Shown here: one piece after another, positions 11,650-22,700 of the stretch
How positions within the stretch are numbered: the first letter of the stretch is position 1
Layout: every line of letters starts with the position of its first letter
Assembly (NCBI GenBank): GCA_003022845.1
Contig: PXSF01000041.1
Coordinates: forward strand, 1 to 46,695
DNA: 46,695 nt
From: Halobacteriales archaeon SW_10_66_29
GTDB lineage: Archaea > Halobacteriota > Halobacteria > Halobacteriales > Haloarculaceae
Direction: 5' to 3'
Position numbers and translations under genes: made by a program
Notes under the pieces: model-generated
What the model saw: only the letters and a program-made list of their open reading frames with translations
What the model was told of the DNA's origin: nothing
The model's database searches: none

Positions 11650-12089
11650 CGCTCGCCACCCCGCGGACGCTACTGTGCCTGCAGCCCGCCTTCAGCGGCT
11701 GTGGTCCCAATACCGTCTCGTCGTTCGATTTCGCGGCCAGGACGTCGCCGGCGCGGACAGCTGTCGGTCGCTGCGTCTGCGTCCGTGATCTTCCCTGGAA
11801 CACGCCGTTGAATCTCGGGTACAGCGGTATTGTTATTCCCAGCTTTGCGTGGGTAAGTGGCGTTTTCCATATCGCCTGCCGTCAGCGCCGCAGAACCCGT
11901 GAACTGTCGAGATTCCGGCTTCTCGGGCCCTGGTACGGACACCGATCGGATTCGAATATCCTGAAACTGCCGTGCCGGCGTGCTCGATGTGTCCGGGCTC
12001 GCGCCCACTGACGAACGGGATCGCCACCCGCCAGTAACCGATCCATACCCTTGTGACTCCATGCCTCGTGGCTACCAGACTGTTGCTGA

Positions 12090-12152
12090 TACTGGTGGCT
12101 GTACGTACGTGAAAACTCGAATTTCTGTCTGCCCGGCGGTAAAGAGTCACTA
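12090..12152 (+). repeat. Copy of small inverted-repeat element family (chimeric ends)
   Basis: First 34 nt identical to 16014-16047; right end CCCGGCGGTAAAGAGTCACTA resembles the right ends of the copies at 42361 and 43230; flanked by TGA and TCA. Confidence 0.8.
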
Positions 12153-12239
12153 TCAGACCCAGCCTGTGCGAACGCGGCCGGCGACGCTGCGGAGTTTATA
12201 CGCCACATTACTATGCTGAATGACCGAGTGGTGATGCCC

Positions 12240-12575
12240 ATGACTCACTCGTCGCTCGAACAGTACGACAGGGAAGCAGAGAGTCGCCGGGCGGAGCGAC
12301 TGCTACGGGTCTCCGAACATCTGGAGTCGGTGCTCGGGTCGGTCGACATCGAGAACGAGGAGGAACTCGCCGGCGAGGTGATCACGGCGCTAAAGGCAGC
12401 CGACCGGGCCTACCAGCGCGAGAACGGGCGCTACACGGAGATAGAGGGCATGAGCGGTGCGGCCGTGGAGGAGCCGCCCGGGACGGTCGGAGAGCTGGAC
12501 GCCGACGTCGACTGGCAACAGCCGATCGCACAGCAGTCGGAGTGGACACCTGCCGACGATCCCCTCGACTTCTGA
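12240..12575 (+). CDS. Hypothetical acidic protein
   Basis: Acidic halophile-type composition; start uncertain (12213-12240). Confidence 0.6.
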   Translation: MTHSSLEQYDREAESRRAERLLRVSEHLESVLGSVDIENEEELAGEVITALKAADRAYQRENGRYTEIEGMSGAAVEEPPGTVGELDADVDWQQPIAQQSEWTPADDPLDF

Positions 12576-12745
12576 GCGACTCCCGACCGGCTGCGGTCCC
12601 CCCGTCGGTTGAAACGCTGGGCTGGGCGGGAATGCCCGGATCTCAACAGCGGTCGACACGGAAGTGTCTTCTATACAGGGCTTACCGCAGTTCGAGAGTA
12701 ATAGGCCATTTGATAACAATGGTGATAGCGCCAGTAGCTTGGGGC

Positions 12746-13090
12746 ATGAGCAGTCACGAATTCCCTCTCAAGGTCGTGCCGGTTTCGATCACGCAACCGG
12801 ATCTCTGGCTCCTGGCTCTGGTGTTTTTCGGGGTGGGAGACCTGGTGACGACCGCGATCGGTCTGCAGGTGACCGGCGTCGTCGAACTCTCGCCGGTGCT
12901 CGCCCAGTTCAGCGGCCGGACGGTGTACGTGATGATGCTCTGTCTGAAGGTCGCGGCCTTCGCCGGCTGTTACCTGCTCTGGCGGGCGGTGCCCGGCCCC
13001 CACGCGATCAGTGCGCCGCTGGTGCTCGCCGTGATCGGCATCCTCGTCACTACCTGGAACTCGGTCGTCCTGGCCAGCGCCCTCCTGTGA
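12746..13090 (+). CDS. Small membrane protein (DUF5658-like, GDxxTT...E motif)
   Basis: 3 hydrophobic segments; FFGVGDLVTT and VVELSP motifs. Confidence 0.7.
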   Translation: MSSHEFPLKVVPVSITQPDLWLLALVFFGVGDLVTTAIGLQVTGVVELSPVLAQFSGRTVYVMMLCLKVAAFAGCYLLWRAVPGPHAISAPLVLAVIGILVTTWNSVVLASALL

Positions 13091-13269
13091 GCCCGCGGGG
13101 CCGCCGTTCACGAACACCGGGACAGCAGTGATCCGTCGGCTTCCCACCACCCATCGCTTGCCGATTGGTTGTAGGTGAAGTATAACTATCCACGAAAGCT
13201 CAGACGTTTCGGACACACGGGAGTTCGGCTCCCGCCACCGCGCTACCGCCGGGCAATTGTAGCAGTACG

Positions 13270-14778
13270 ATGAAAGGAACACAGAACCTGTTCGGACGAT
13301 TCCTCTCGTTGTTCGGCGCGAAGGCGGCGACGGCCGTCATCGCAATCATCTCGACCCCGGTGATCGTCAGGCTGCTGGGCGCCGGGAACTACGGGGACTA
13401 CGCCGTGCTGCTGTCTGTGTTTTCGCTGTACATGATCCCGATCAGCGCGAGCGTCACGGAGGGCGTCCAGAAGTTCGTCGGCGAGGGCCGCGACCGGGAG
13501 TGGTGGCTCGAACACGTCATCCAGTTTTACACGCTGCTCGCGACGGGCGTGGTCCTGCTCGGCGTCCTGTTGCTGCTCGCGATCACCGCGCTGGGCGTTC
13601 CCAGCACACTGTTCGGCGAGGAGTTCACGACGTACTTCTACGTCCTCGCGGCGTTCGTCCTCGTCGCGCAGTTCCAGGCGGTCACCGTCCGGACGGTGCT
13701 CGGGTTCGGGATGGAACAGGTCAAGGGGTCGCTGGAGGTGGCGAAGAAACTGCTCACCGTCTGCGTCGGCGTGGCGCTGGTACTCGGCGGGTGGGGCGTC
13801 GCCGGGATGATGGCCGGGCACGTCGTCGCGAACCTGCTGGTCGCAGTGGTCGCCGGCGCAGTCATCCTTCGGAAGCTCACCCTCGGCGGGCTCGTTCGGC
13901 GTCCCGACTCGTTCCCCTACCGCGAACTCCTCTCGTTCAACGCGCTCAACATCGTGCTCGTGTTGCTGGTGATGTCGCTGTACCACGTCGACATCATCAT
14001 GCTCCGGACGCTGACCGACAGCAGTTCGACCGGCTACTACAAGGGCGCGCTCGCGCTGGCGGAGTATCTCTGGTTCGTCCCGCTGGTGATCCAGCGGCTG
14101 CTGTTGCACTCCAGTTCCAGCCTCTGGGAGGACGGCCGGGTGGAGCTCATCACCTCGCTGGCCGGCCGGATCACCAGGTACGTGTTCCTGCTCGTCGTGT
14201 TGCTGGCGCTCGGGCTGGCCGCGCTGGCCGACACTGTCGTTCCGCTGTACTACGGCGAGTCGTTCGCCACTGCGGTCGGGCCGTTGCTGTTGCTGATCCC
14301 CGGCGCCATCGGCTTCGCAGCTGCGCGCCCGATGCAGGCGATCAGCCAGGGCTCGGGCCGGATCAAGACCCTCGTCGGCGCCGTGGCGGGCGCCGCCGGG
14401 ACGAACCTGGCCCTCAACGCCTCGCTGATCCCGCTGTTCGGGATGAACGGGGCAGCGGTCGCCACGAGCGTCGGCTACGGGTCGATGTTCGTCATGCTCG
14501 TGCTGGCGTCCCGGCGCATCGGGTTCTACCCGCTCTCGGACCTCCGGGCACCGCGGATCGCCCTCACCGCCCTCGTCGCCGCGCCGCCGATCTTTCTGCT
14601 CGACGCCGCGCTGCAGCCGGACCTGCTCGCACTCGCGGTCGTCCCGCCGGTCGGGTTCGCGGTGTACAGCGGTGCTGCGCTCGTGACCGGCGCAATCGAT
14701 CCGGGAGAGGTCGTGGAAATCCTCGGCAAGTTCCCCGGGCCGTTCGGGAGCCTCGCCGAAGCCCACCTCCCCCGGTGA
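13270..14778 (+). CDS. Oligosaccharide flippase / polysaccharide biosynthesis export protein (Wzx/MOP)
   Basis: Many TM helices; RLLGAGNYG, DIIML...GYY and LIPLFGMNGAAVAT motifs. Confidence 0.9.
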   Translation: MKGTQNLFGRFLSLFGAKAATAVIAIISTPVIVRLLGAGNYGDYAVLLSVFSLYMIPISASVTEGVQKFVGEGRDREWWLEHVIQFYTLLATGVVLLGVLLLLAITALGVPSTLFGEEFTTYFYVLAAFVLVAQFQAVTVRTVLGFGMEQVKGSLEVAKKLLTVCVGVALVLGGWGVAGMMAGHVVANLLVAVVAGAVILRKLTLGGLVRRPDSFPYRELLSFNALNIVLVLLVMSLYHVDIIMLRTLTDSSSTGYYKGALALAEYLWFVPLVIQRLLLHSSSSLWEDGRVELITSLAGRITRYVFLLVVLLALGLAALADTVVPLYYGESFATAVGPLLLLIPGAIGFAAARPMQAISQGSGRIKTLVGAVAGAAGTNLALNASLIPLFGMNGAAVATSVGYGSMFVMLVLASRRIGFYPLSDLRAPRIALTALVAAPPIFLLDAALQPDLLALAVVPPVGFAVYSGAALVTGAIDPGEVVEILGKFPGPFGSLAEAHLPR

Positions 14779-14821
14779 GTCGCTGCTCACTCGAGAATCT
14801 CCAGGTCGGGCCGATCGCGTG

Positions 14822-15891
14822 TTAGTCCGACGCCGTCTGCAACCGCTGTTCGGTCGGCTGGTGGTCGGTCGTCAGGTCCGCGAGACAGCGCCGTGCTCGG
14901 CTGTTGTACGTGTAGTTCTCGTGGAAGGTAGAGCGCGCGCTCGTTCCGAGTCGTTCCCGGAAGTCGTCGTCCTGCAGCCTGCTGAGTGCGTTCGCCCACT
15001 CCCGTTCGTCCGTCGGATCACACAGCAGCGCGGTTTCGCCGTCGGTGAGGATTTCGCGGATCGCCGGGAGGTCGGAGGCGACGATGGCACGGCCGGCAGC
15101 CATGTACTCGAAGATCTTCAGCGGTGACATCCACTGGACGGTGTTGTGGCCCGCGTTGGTCGCGATTTCCTGCTCGTAGGGGGCAAGCTGGACGTCGAAC
15201 GCGAGCCGGTACTGGTCGAGTTCCGACGGCGGGAGGAAGCCGTAGAAGTGGATGTTGTCCCTGTCACCCATCCGGTCTTCCCAGTACGCGACGTCTTCGG
15301 GCTCGCCGCCGATCACGTGAAACTCCGCCCCGTCCTGCTCGCGGGCGAGCGCGCCGATCAGGTCCATGCCCCGTCCCTCGTAGAGGTGACCAACGTAGCC
15401 GACCTGGAGTGGGCCGGCCTCCCCGCACAACTCGACCGGCTCGGTCGATTCGTCGACGGTGTCTGCCGCGTCCCGCGCGACGACGATCCGGTCCTGGATC
15501 TCCGGGTACTCCTCCCGGTAGTACTCGCGGAGGGCGTCCGAGATTACGACGAGAGACTCGAAGGTGTCGTGTTCGATCAGTCGCCGGAAGAACGTGTCCT
15601 CCACCCGACCGAACCGGCTCTCCCGAACGGGTGAGTGGGACTCGGGTAGTTGACGAGGAACGTCCCGACGCTGGAGAGCCGCGGCCGTGCGAGCTTGTAG
15701 ATCTCGAAACAGGGATCGACGTCGTAGAAGTCGTAGAGATCCTCGACGTCGGCCTCCCGGGAGGGGTGTGCCGGCACCAGCAGCGTCACGTCGTGGCCCT
15801 GCCGGGCGAACGCCTGACACATTTTCGTGATCTGGATCGTGTTTGCGGAGCGCGACGGCAGCACGCAGTTAGCCAGGTACACCAGTTCCAT
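14822..15891 (-). pseudogene. GT4 glycosyltransferase, frame break near 15645 (real lesion or assembly artefact)
   Basis: N-part MELVYLANCVLPSRSANTIQITKMCQAF...NY in one frame; C-part ESHSP...YVGHLYEGRG...SPLKIFEYMAAGRAIVASDLP in another. Confidence 0.75.
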
Positions 15892-16010
15892 GCATTCGTT
15901 ACTTTTTCTCACCGTGCCGGTTTCAGTATGCGCCGCCTTCTCACCCCCGACGGCCCAACTATCGTCTCCCAGCCGGATTCGAACCACGAACCGCCCCCCG
16001 ATGGTTCCGC

Positions 16011-16985
16011 TCATACTGGTGGCTGTACGTACGTGAAAACTCGAATTGAGAATCCAGGCGGAACGGGTCTGTCTCCGCAGATAGACAGCCAGACGTGACT
16101 CCGGACAGTGCCAGGACAGTCCATCGGGTGTTTCAGCAGGATCCGCCCCGCGAACGCGGGCTCCCGGCGCCTGGTGATCGAGTTGTACGGCCCCAGCTCC
16201 TCCGGGACTGTCGACTCGACGGCGCCGTCCCGGAGGTTTGCGATGCCGGTCGCCAGCAGGTCGGCCTGGCAGTCGTGGAGGCGGTCGTAACACTCCCACA
16301 GCGTCCGGCAGTCGCTCACGTCGACGTCCCGGCAGGCCACGATCTCGCCGCCGTCGATGTCGTCGGTCAGTCGCTGCAGCGTCACGCCCATCACGTCCTG
16401 CCCATCCAGGAACGCCTTGGGTGGCCCCAGCCCGCGGTAGCGCCTGATGTCCGCCGGGTGGAAGCTGAGGACGCCGTACGCCGGGGCGGTGAGGACATCC
16501 CCGCGGATCAGGCCGAACCCGAACCTGATCGCGACGTCGGCGGCGGCGATCGACGAAACGGTCTCCTCGGGCAGTTCGTACCACGCCCCGTCCTGCAGCG
16601 GGTCGACGCGACGGAGCTCGGCGTCTGCCAGGCACTCGACGGACTCGACCGGGACGCGGTTCGGGATCGGGGGCCTGAATCCCAGTTCCTCGGCGAGTTT
16701 CTTCTCGGCGATCAGCAGCGTCCAGGCCCGTTCGCGCTCCAGGACGTCCCAGAACAGGCTGACGGCATCGAGACCGAGCCCGCCGTTGACGGCGCTGGCC
16801 TCCCGGTCGGGATCGTAGTCGGGGTCGGACTCGTCGTTGACGATCACCAGCGCCACGTTGACGCCAGCCTCCTCGATCGCCGTTTCGAGTGCGCGAACCT
16901 GGTAGGAGTGGAGGTACGGGTCGGCGAGGACACACAGCGAGGTCGGGGACTCCGTCGCCGACTGCCGCTTACTCGCTCCGGTCAT
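16011..16985 (-). CDS. Formyltransferase-like protein (N-terminal formyl_trans domain)
   Basis: IRFGFGLIRG, GVLSFHPADIRRYRG, GVTLQRLTDDIDGG; C-terminal ~38 aa read through non-coding-like sequence and the repeat. Confidence 0.75.
   Translation of the reverse strand: MTGASKRQSATESPTSLCVLADPYLHSYQVRALETAIEEAGVNVALVIVNDESDPDYDPDREASAVNGGLGLDAVSLFWDVLERERAWTLLIAEKKLAEELGFRPPIPNRVPVESVECLADAELRRVDPLQDGAWYELPEETVSSIAAADVAIRFGFGLIRGDVLTAPAYGVLSFHPADIRRYRGLGPPKAFLDGQDVMGVTLQRLTDDIDGGEIVACRDVDVSDCRTLWECYDRLHDCQADLLATGIANLRDGAVESTVPEELGPYNSITRRREPAFAGRILLKHPMDCPGTVRSHVWLSICGDRPVPPGFSIRVFTYVQPPV
16014..16090 (+). repeat. Copy of small inverted-repeat element family
   Basis: Near-identical to the reverse complement of 118-185; preceded by TCA at 16011-16013 (stop of the formyltransferase-like ORF); right end degenerate. 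Confidence 0.85.
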
Positions 16986-17928
16986 GAGTGGCAAGTGAGG
17001 GTGATCCCGAGGGGGCCTCCCGGCGGTCGGTCGTCGAAGCGAGCGTCGCGAGCGCGTCGTCGACCGTGCCCTCGGGGTGATCGAGCGCCTCATAGAACCG
17101 CCCCGGCGGACCGACCCAGGCACCCATCTCCAGCGCGCGGTCGATCGCCCGCTCGTACACCTCCCCCCAGCCGGGGTAGTCCGACCCGGCGAACCGCGCG
17201 AGGTGCCAGTCCAGACAGAGGACGCTTCGGTGCTCGCGGGCCTCCTCGAACACCCCGGTACAGTTCTCGAGTGCGCCCGCGGGCGACTCGGCGGACCGCA
17301 TCACGGCGCCGTCCATCAGCGACCACGGGAACACGACGAACTCGTCGTCGAACGGGCGGTGCAGGTCGTACCCGTGCTGGTACTGGAGGGCGTGGGAGTC
17401 GCCCAGTGAAAGGTCATACCGGAGGCCCGCGTCCCGGAGGTGCCGCCAGGTGTCAGGCGGGGAGTGTCGCCAGTAGTGCTGGCGGTTCCCGCGGATCCGC
17501 GTGTCGGCCGCAGCTTCGATCCGGGACTTCTCGTGGCCGAATCGACCGGGATCCGTCGAGGAGGTGTACGAGCCGTGGAGCGCGATCTCCCAGCCGAACC
17601 GGTCGAGGACGCGCAGCGTCGCGGCGATGTCCGGGTCGGTCGGGTCGTACCGGCCGGCGAACAGCTTCCATCCCGACGTGCTGAACCATTCCCGGACGGG
17701 ACGCTCCCGCAGTGACTTCTCGTCGAGGATGTGGAACGAGGATCGGACGCCGCGCTCGGACTCGGCGTCCATGATCCGCTCGAACTGCCAGTAGGGGTTC
17801 TGCGAGGAGAACAGCCCCGCGACTCGCGTCGGGTCCCGCTCGGTGATCGCGTTGTACACCGACTGGTAGGTCCTGTACACGCGGTCGACGTCGTGCGTGA
17901 GACAGACCGCAAACTCGTAGCCTGTCAC
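16969..17928 (-). CDS. Polysaccharide deacetylase family protein
   Basis: LTHDVD, EIALHGS, GNRQHY, YDLSLG and LDWH NodB-like motifs. Confidence 0.85.
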   Translation of the reverse strand: MTGYEFAVCLTHDVDRVYRTYQSVYNAITERDPTRVAGLFSSQNPYWQFERIMDAESERGVRSSFHILDEKSLRERPVREWFSTSGWKLFAGRYDPTDPDIAATLRVLDRFGWEIALHGSYTSSTDPGRFGHEKSRIEAAADTRIRGNRQHYWRHSPPDTWRHLRDAGLRYDLSLGDSHALQYQHGYDLHRPFDDEFVVFPWSLMDGAVMRSAESPAGALENCTGVFEEAREHRSVLCLDWHLARFAGSDYPGWGEVYERAIDRALEMGAWVGPPGRFYEALDHPEGTVDDALATLASTTDRREAPSGSPSLATHDRSE

Positions 17929-19424
17929 GGGGTGATCGCCTCGTTGCTGAATTGCTCGCTGTCGATGTGCTGTTCGTCGTCGCCGGCGACGATCGTCGTG
18001 TTGCGGATCTCGGCGACTGCGTCGTCGACGACCACCGGCACGCCCGTCACGTCGATCCGTGAATCGACGATGCGACAGCCGTCCTTGTTCGCAAAGCGGA
18101 CGCCGTGTCGCTCCTCGCCGGTCTGTTCGATCGTACAGTCCCTGAAGACGACGCCGGACCGGCCGACGAACTGTGCGCCGTACCCGCCCGCTGCCGAGCC
18201 GTCGATCGTCACGTTCTCGAACACCTGCGAGGAGTCGTACTCGGTGGCGTTGTACGGGGAGTAGATCGCCGGCACGCGGTCCCTGTCGACCGTGATCGTG
18301 GTGTCCCTGACCGTCGCGCCGGCGTTGTCAGGGTGGAACACGACGGCGCCGAAGCTGTCGCCCGCCTCCTCGGTGTAGCGGATCTCACAGCCCTCGACGA
18401 CCTGCCCGCGGCCGCGGCGAAACCGGATCCCGCGGACGTTCACGGGGTCGACCGCCGGCTGCCTGTCGACGACGACCGTCGCGTCGCGCACCGTCGAGTC
18501 GGGCGTCCCGACCCGGATGTTCGAGACGTTGCTGTTGCTGTAGATGCCCCCCTCGACGTGGACCGCACCGCCCGCCCCATCGGACAGCCCCGGTGCGGAA
18601 GCGTACAGGCCGTTGTCCGGGAATCCGGTTAGTTCGCAGTTTTTGAACGTGATGGAACCCGAGTGCTCCTTTGCAACGTAGACACCGGTGAGTCCCTCGT
18701 TGTCCCCCTCGTTGACGGCCCGGAAGTTCTCGACGACGCCGTGGGCCTCCTGATTCTGGACCGAGATGCCAAGCACCTGGAGGTTGCTCGCACAGCTCGC
18801 CCGCACGGAGACGTTGCGAATGGCGACGTCGCCGTCCGCCCTGACGGTGAGCTTGCCGCCACCGTCGTCACGGCAGAAGTCGAAATCGATGCCGTCCAGG
18901 AGGAGCCGTTCGTTGTTCTCGAAGATGAGAAACCGGTTCCGGCCGGCGAACGATCCCGGCTCGCCGACGAACGTGGTCTCACCCTCCCTGTCGGCCGCGA
19001 GTGCGACGTTCCGGTAGCCCGAGATCCGCTGGGGGCGGATGAGGTACTCGCCCTCGGGGAACCACAGGAGCGTGTCGTTGCCGAGCTGTTCGTCGAGCAC
19101 TCCGTTGATCGCCCGATCCCCTGCGGGATCTGCGCCCATCTCGACGGCGTCGACGATCGTCGCGTACTCCTGGGCGTAGGCAGGGAGGTCCCGCTCGGTT
19201 CCCTGCACCTCGTCGGGTGGGCGTGCCTCCTGGTCACCGGGGTTGCCCACGGGGCCGTCGTCGACGTCCCGGTCAGTGTCGGTCCGCTGTCCCGGCAGGT
19301 CGCCGGCCCTGGCCGATGACTCCTCCTGTTCGTTCTCGCGTCGCGCAGCCGAACCGAGGACGACCAGGCCGCCGATAGCCGCCCCCACGGCCGCTCCCCG
19401 CTCGAGAAACTCGCGACGCTCCAT
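17925..19424 (-). CDS. Tat-exported right-handed parallel beta-helix protein
   Basis: MERREFL Tat motif plus hydrophobic segment; GADPAG, LLWFPEGEY, GFPDNGLYAS and repeated beta-helix-like strands. Confidence 0.75.
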   Translation of the reverse strand: MERREFLERGAAVGAAIGGLVVLGSAARRENEQEESSARAGDLPGQRTDTDRDVDDGPVGNPGDQEARPPDEVQGTERDLPAYAQEYATIVDAVEMGADPAGDRAINGVLDEQLGNDTLLWFPEGEYLIRPQRISGYRNVALAADREGETTFVGEPGSFAGRNRFLIFENNERLLLDGIDFDFCRDDGGGKLTVRADGDVAIRNVSVRASCASNLQVLGISVQNQEAHGVVENFRAVNEGDNEGLTGVYVAKEHSGSITFKNCELTGFPDNGLYASAPGLSDGAGGAVHVEGGIYSNSNVSNIRVGTPDSTVRDATVVVDRQPAVDPVNVRGIRFRRGRGQVVEGCEIRYTEEAGDSFGAVVFHPDNAGATVRDTTITVDRDRVPAIYSPYNATEYDSSQVFENVTIDGSAAGGYGAQFVGRSGVVFRDCTIEQTGEERHGVRFANKDGCRIVDSRIDVTGVPVVVDDAVAEIRNTTIVAGDDEQHIDSEQFSNEAITP

Positions 19425-19755
19425 TGTACCGGAGGAACTGCCATCTACCGCATTGTTATTGAGTGGTTACAGGGAAGCGAGCAGTCGCTGTCGGTCCCAG
19501 TGGCTCGGGACGCTACTCGGCACGCCGGGGGCGAGCACGGGACCCCCCTGGATCTCCCGCCCGAGAAGTGAGCCCAAGCAGTACAGCACAGGAACGTCCC
19601 TGAGGACCGACAGCGGGCAGTAGCGAACCGCTATGCCCATAAGCCTCTCATAACTATAGCCCTCCTCACTCTGCGTCTTCGTACTTTCAGATCGGCCCTC
19701 TGCTGCGTGGCACGGCGTGCTCGCCGACGCGGCGCCGGGGTCTCACTGCTCAGCC

Positions 19756-22700
19756 ATGACAGCGAACAACTCGTCCGGGCACTCGGACACTGGCGGTATC
19801 AATCGACGTCGGTTCCTCGCGGCCACCTGTGCTCTCGGGTCGACACCGCTCGTCGCTGGCTGCAACGACCAGGAGGAGTCGGAGGCGAGCGCGGCAGCGT
19901 CCGGTGAAACGACCTCCGAGGAGGCTCCGGACTGTTCCCAGCAGGTCGTCCCGGTCGGCGACAACGCGGCGACCAAGACCCGGCGGACGATCTACACGGA
20001 TGACCGCATCCGCAACGCCAGGGCCAACATCGAACGGTACGACTGGGCCCGGGCGGAGCGCGACGCAGTCGTCTCCCGCGCCGACGCGTTTCTCGACGCA
20101 TACACCATGGAGGAGGTCTGGCACCTCGTCACGGGGCAACAGGTCCCCCGCGCGTCCGCAGTCGACGCTGAACGGCGGATCGGGAGTCCGACGCACGGCC
20201 CCGACATATACACCGAACACGGCCGCTACCCCTGGGAGATCAACGCCGTCGAGGAGCCCTGGAAAGTCACCGACCCCATGACGGGGATCCGCTACCCGAC
20301 CAACGACTTCCAGTCGTACCTCGTGAGCGGCCGCGACAACAGGGGCTTTTTCGACCCGGCACGCGCCGACGATCAGTACCTTGTCAACGAGACGCAGCCG
20401 GACCGTGGCCCGGAGTGGGGCGTCGACGACGGCCACGGCTGGGTCGACGACGACGGCAACCGGTTCACCTTCGTCGCCTACTACAACCACTTTGCCACCT
20501 GGAGCAGTCGCCAGTCCCGGTTCGGCCTCTCGTTGATGGCCGAACTCCTGGGGCGTGCCTACCTGTATACGGACGATCGCACGTACGCGCGAGCGGCAGC
20601 TATCATCCTCGACCGGACCGCCGACGAGTACCCCCGGATGGACCTGTGGCCGTACCAGACCAAGTACGGGTTCGCCAACAGCCACGGCGGCACCGGCAAG
20701 GGGAAGATCCTCGGCTCGGAGTGGGAGACCCGCCTGACGAGTCGCCTCGTCGACGCGTACGACGCGATCTTCCCCGCGATCGAGGAGGACGAGTGGATCG
20801 TCGAGTTCCTCGCCGACAAGGCGGCAACCTACGACATCGGCCGGAAGTCGACGCCGGACGACGTCCGGCGCAACGTCGAGAACGGCATCGTCCGGCGGGT
20901 CCGCCGGGGGGTGAAACAGGCCAAGATCCGGGGGAACTTCGGCACGCACCAGCGGTCGCTTGCCAAGTCTGCCGTCGTGCTCGACGAGCCGGAGGGGTAC
21001 ACCGACGACACGCTGGATTTCCTGTTCAGGGGTGGCGACCTCGAATCGACCGACTGCGGCCTGCAGCTCGGCGGCGGCGACGTGCTCCCGCGGCTCACCG
21101 GCGTCGTCGACCGCGACGGCCACAACGACGAGGGTGCCCCGAACTACCACCAGCTCGCACTCGAACGCACCCGCGACGTCGCCGACGTCCTCGACGGCTA
21201 CGACAACTACGACGGCGCCGACCTCTACGACCACGTGAAAGTCGAACGGATGCACGCGGGGCAGCCGCCGCTGCTCGTCCTGAACCGCTTCCAGCCGAGC
21301 ATCGGCGACTCGGGCCGGACCGGGAACCCCGGCGTCGGGTGGATGGACAAGGAAACGATGGTCGACGCCTTCGACAGGTACGACGACGAAGCGTACGCAC
21401 AGCTCGCCTACCTGATGAACGGCAGTTCGACGGAGGAACTCCACGGCGACATCTTCGATTCGAACCCTGAGCAGGTTCAGACCGACATCAACAACGTCCT
21501 GGAAGCGGACGGCCCGCTCGACCTGTCAAGCCGGACGCTGGCGGGGTTCGGTTACACGGCACTGCGGCAGGGATCGGCAGCCGAGTCCACCGAACGTGCC
21601 GTCTGGCTCTACTACGGCCGCAACTCCGGCCACGGACACCAGGACACCCTGAACCTCGGAATCGCCGCGCACGGGCTGACACTGGCACCGGACATGGGAT
21701 ACCCGGCGCAGACGGGCCCCTCGCCGAAGCGGATCAACTGGACGGCGAACACGATCAGCCACAACACTGTCCTCGTCGACGGGACGCGCCAGGAGTACCA
21801 CTGGGTCGGAACTCCGCGGGCGTTCGACGAAACCGAGCGCGTCAGCGTCGTCGACGTCGAGGCTCCCGACGTGTATCCGCAGACCGATACCTACCGACGG
21901 ACGACGGCGATGATCCGGATCGACGAAGAGACCTCCTACGCGGTCGACGTCTTCCGCGTCGACGGGGGCGACGACCACCACTTCAGCTTCCACGGTGGCG
22001 AAGGGGCTGTTTCCACCACTGGGCTGGACACCGTCGAGCAGTCCTCGGGGACGTACGCCGGCGAAGACGTTCCGAAACCAGGCAAGGGGGAGAACACGGA
22101 GTACAACCAGTCGGGCGACCACGAAGCCTGGGGCGGAAAGCGGTTCAACAACGGGTTCAACTACCTCTACGACGTCGAACGGGACGGGTCGCCACCGGAC
22201 CGGTTCAGCGTCGACTGGGACGTCGCCGACACCTGGGGGGTGCTCCCGGCGGAACGGGACGTCCACCTCCGGCTGACGATGCTGTGCGGGACCGACGAGG
22301 TTGCCCTTGCGAGCGGCGACCCCCCTGACAGGTCCGGCAACCCCGGGTCGTTGCGTTACCTGGTCGCCCACCGGACTGGGAGCGACCTGCGGAGCACCTT
22401 CACGTCGGTAATCGAGCCCTACGAGGACTCCCGTGCCGTCGCGTCTGTCGAGCAGGTGCCGACCGACAGCGACCGAGGCAACGCGAGTGCGGTCAGGGTC
22501 GACCTCCTGTCCGGTCGCACTGATTACGTCGTCAGTACGACCGACCCCGACGCCAAGTACCAGGTCGATGAAACGTTCGAGTTCTCAGGGAGGTTCGCGG
22601 TCTACTCCCAGCGTCACCGCAGCTCCGAGTACGCCTACCTCCACGACGGTGATCGACTCGCAGTCAAGGGGAGGGTGCTGGTTCGCAACTCCAACCCGCG

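Noticed and set aside
11670-12062. ORFs upstream of the Gfo/Idh gene as remnants of wbpE/wbpD
   Set aside because: No recognisable motifs in any provided frame
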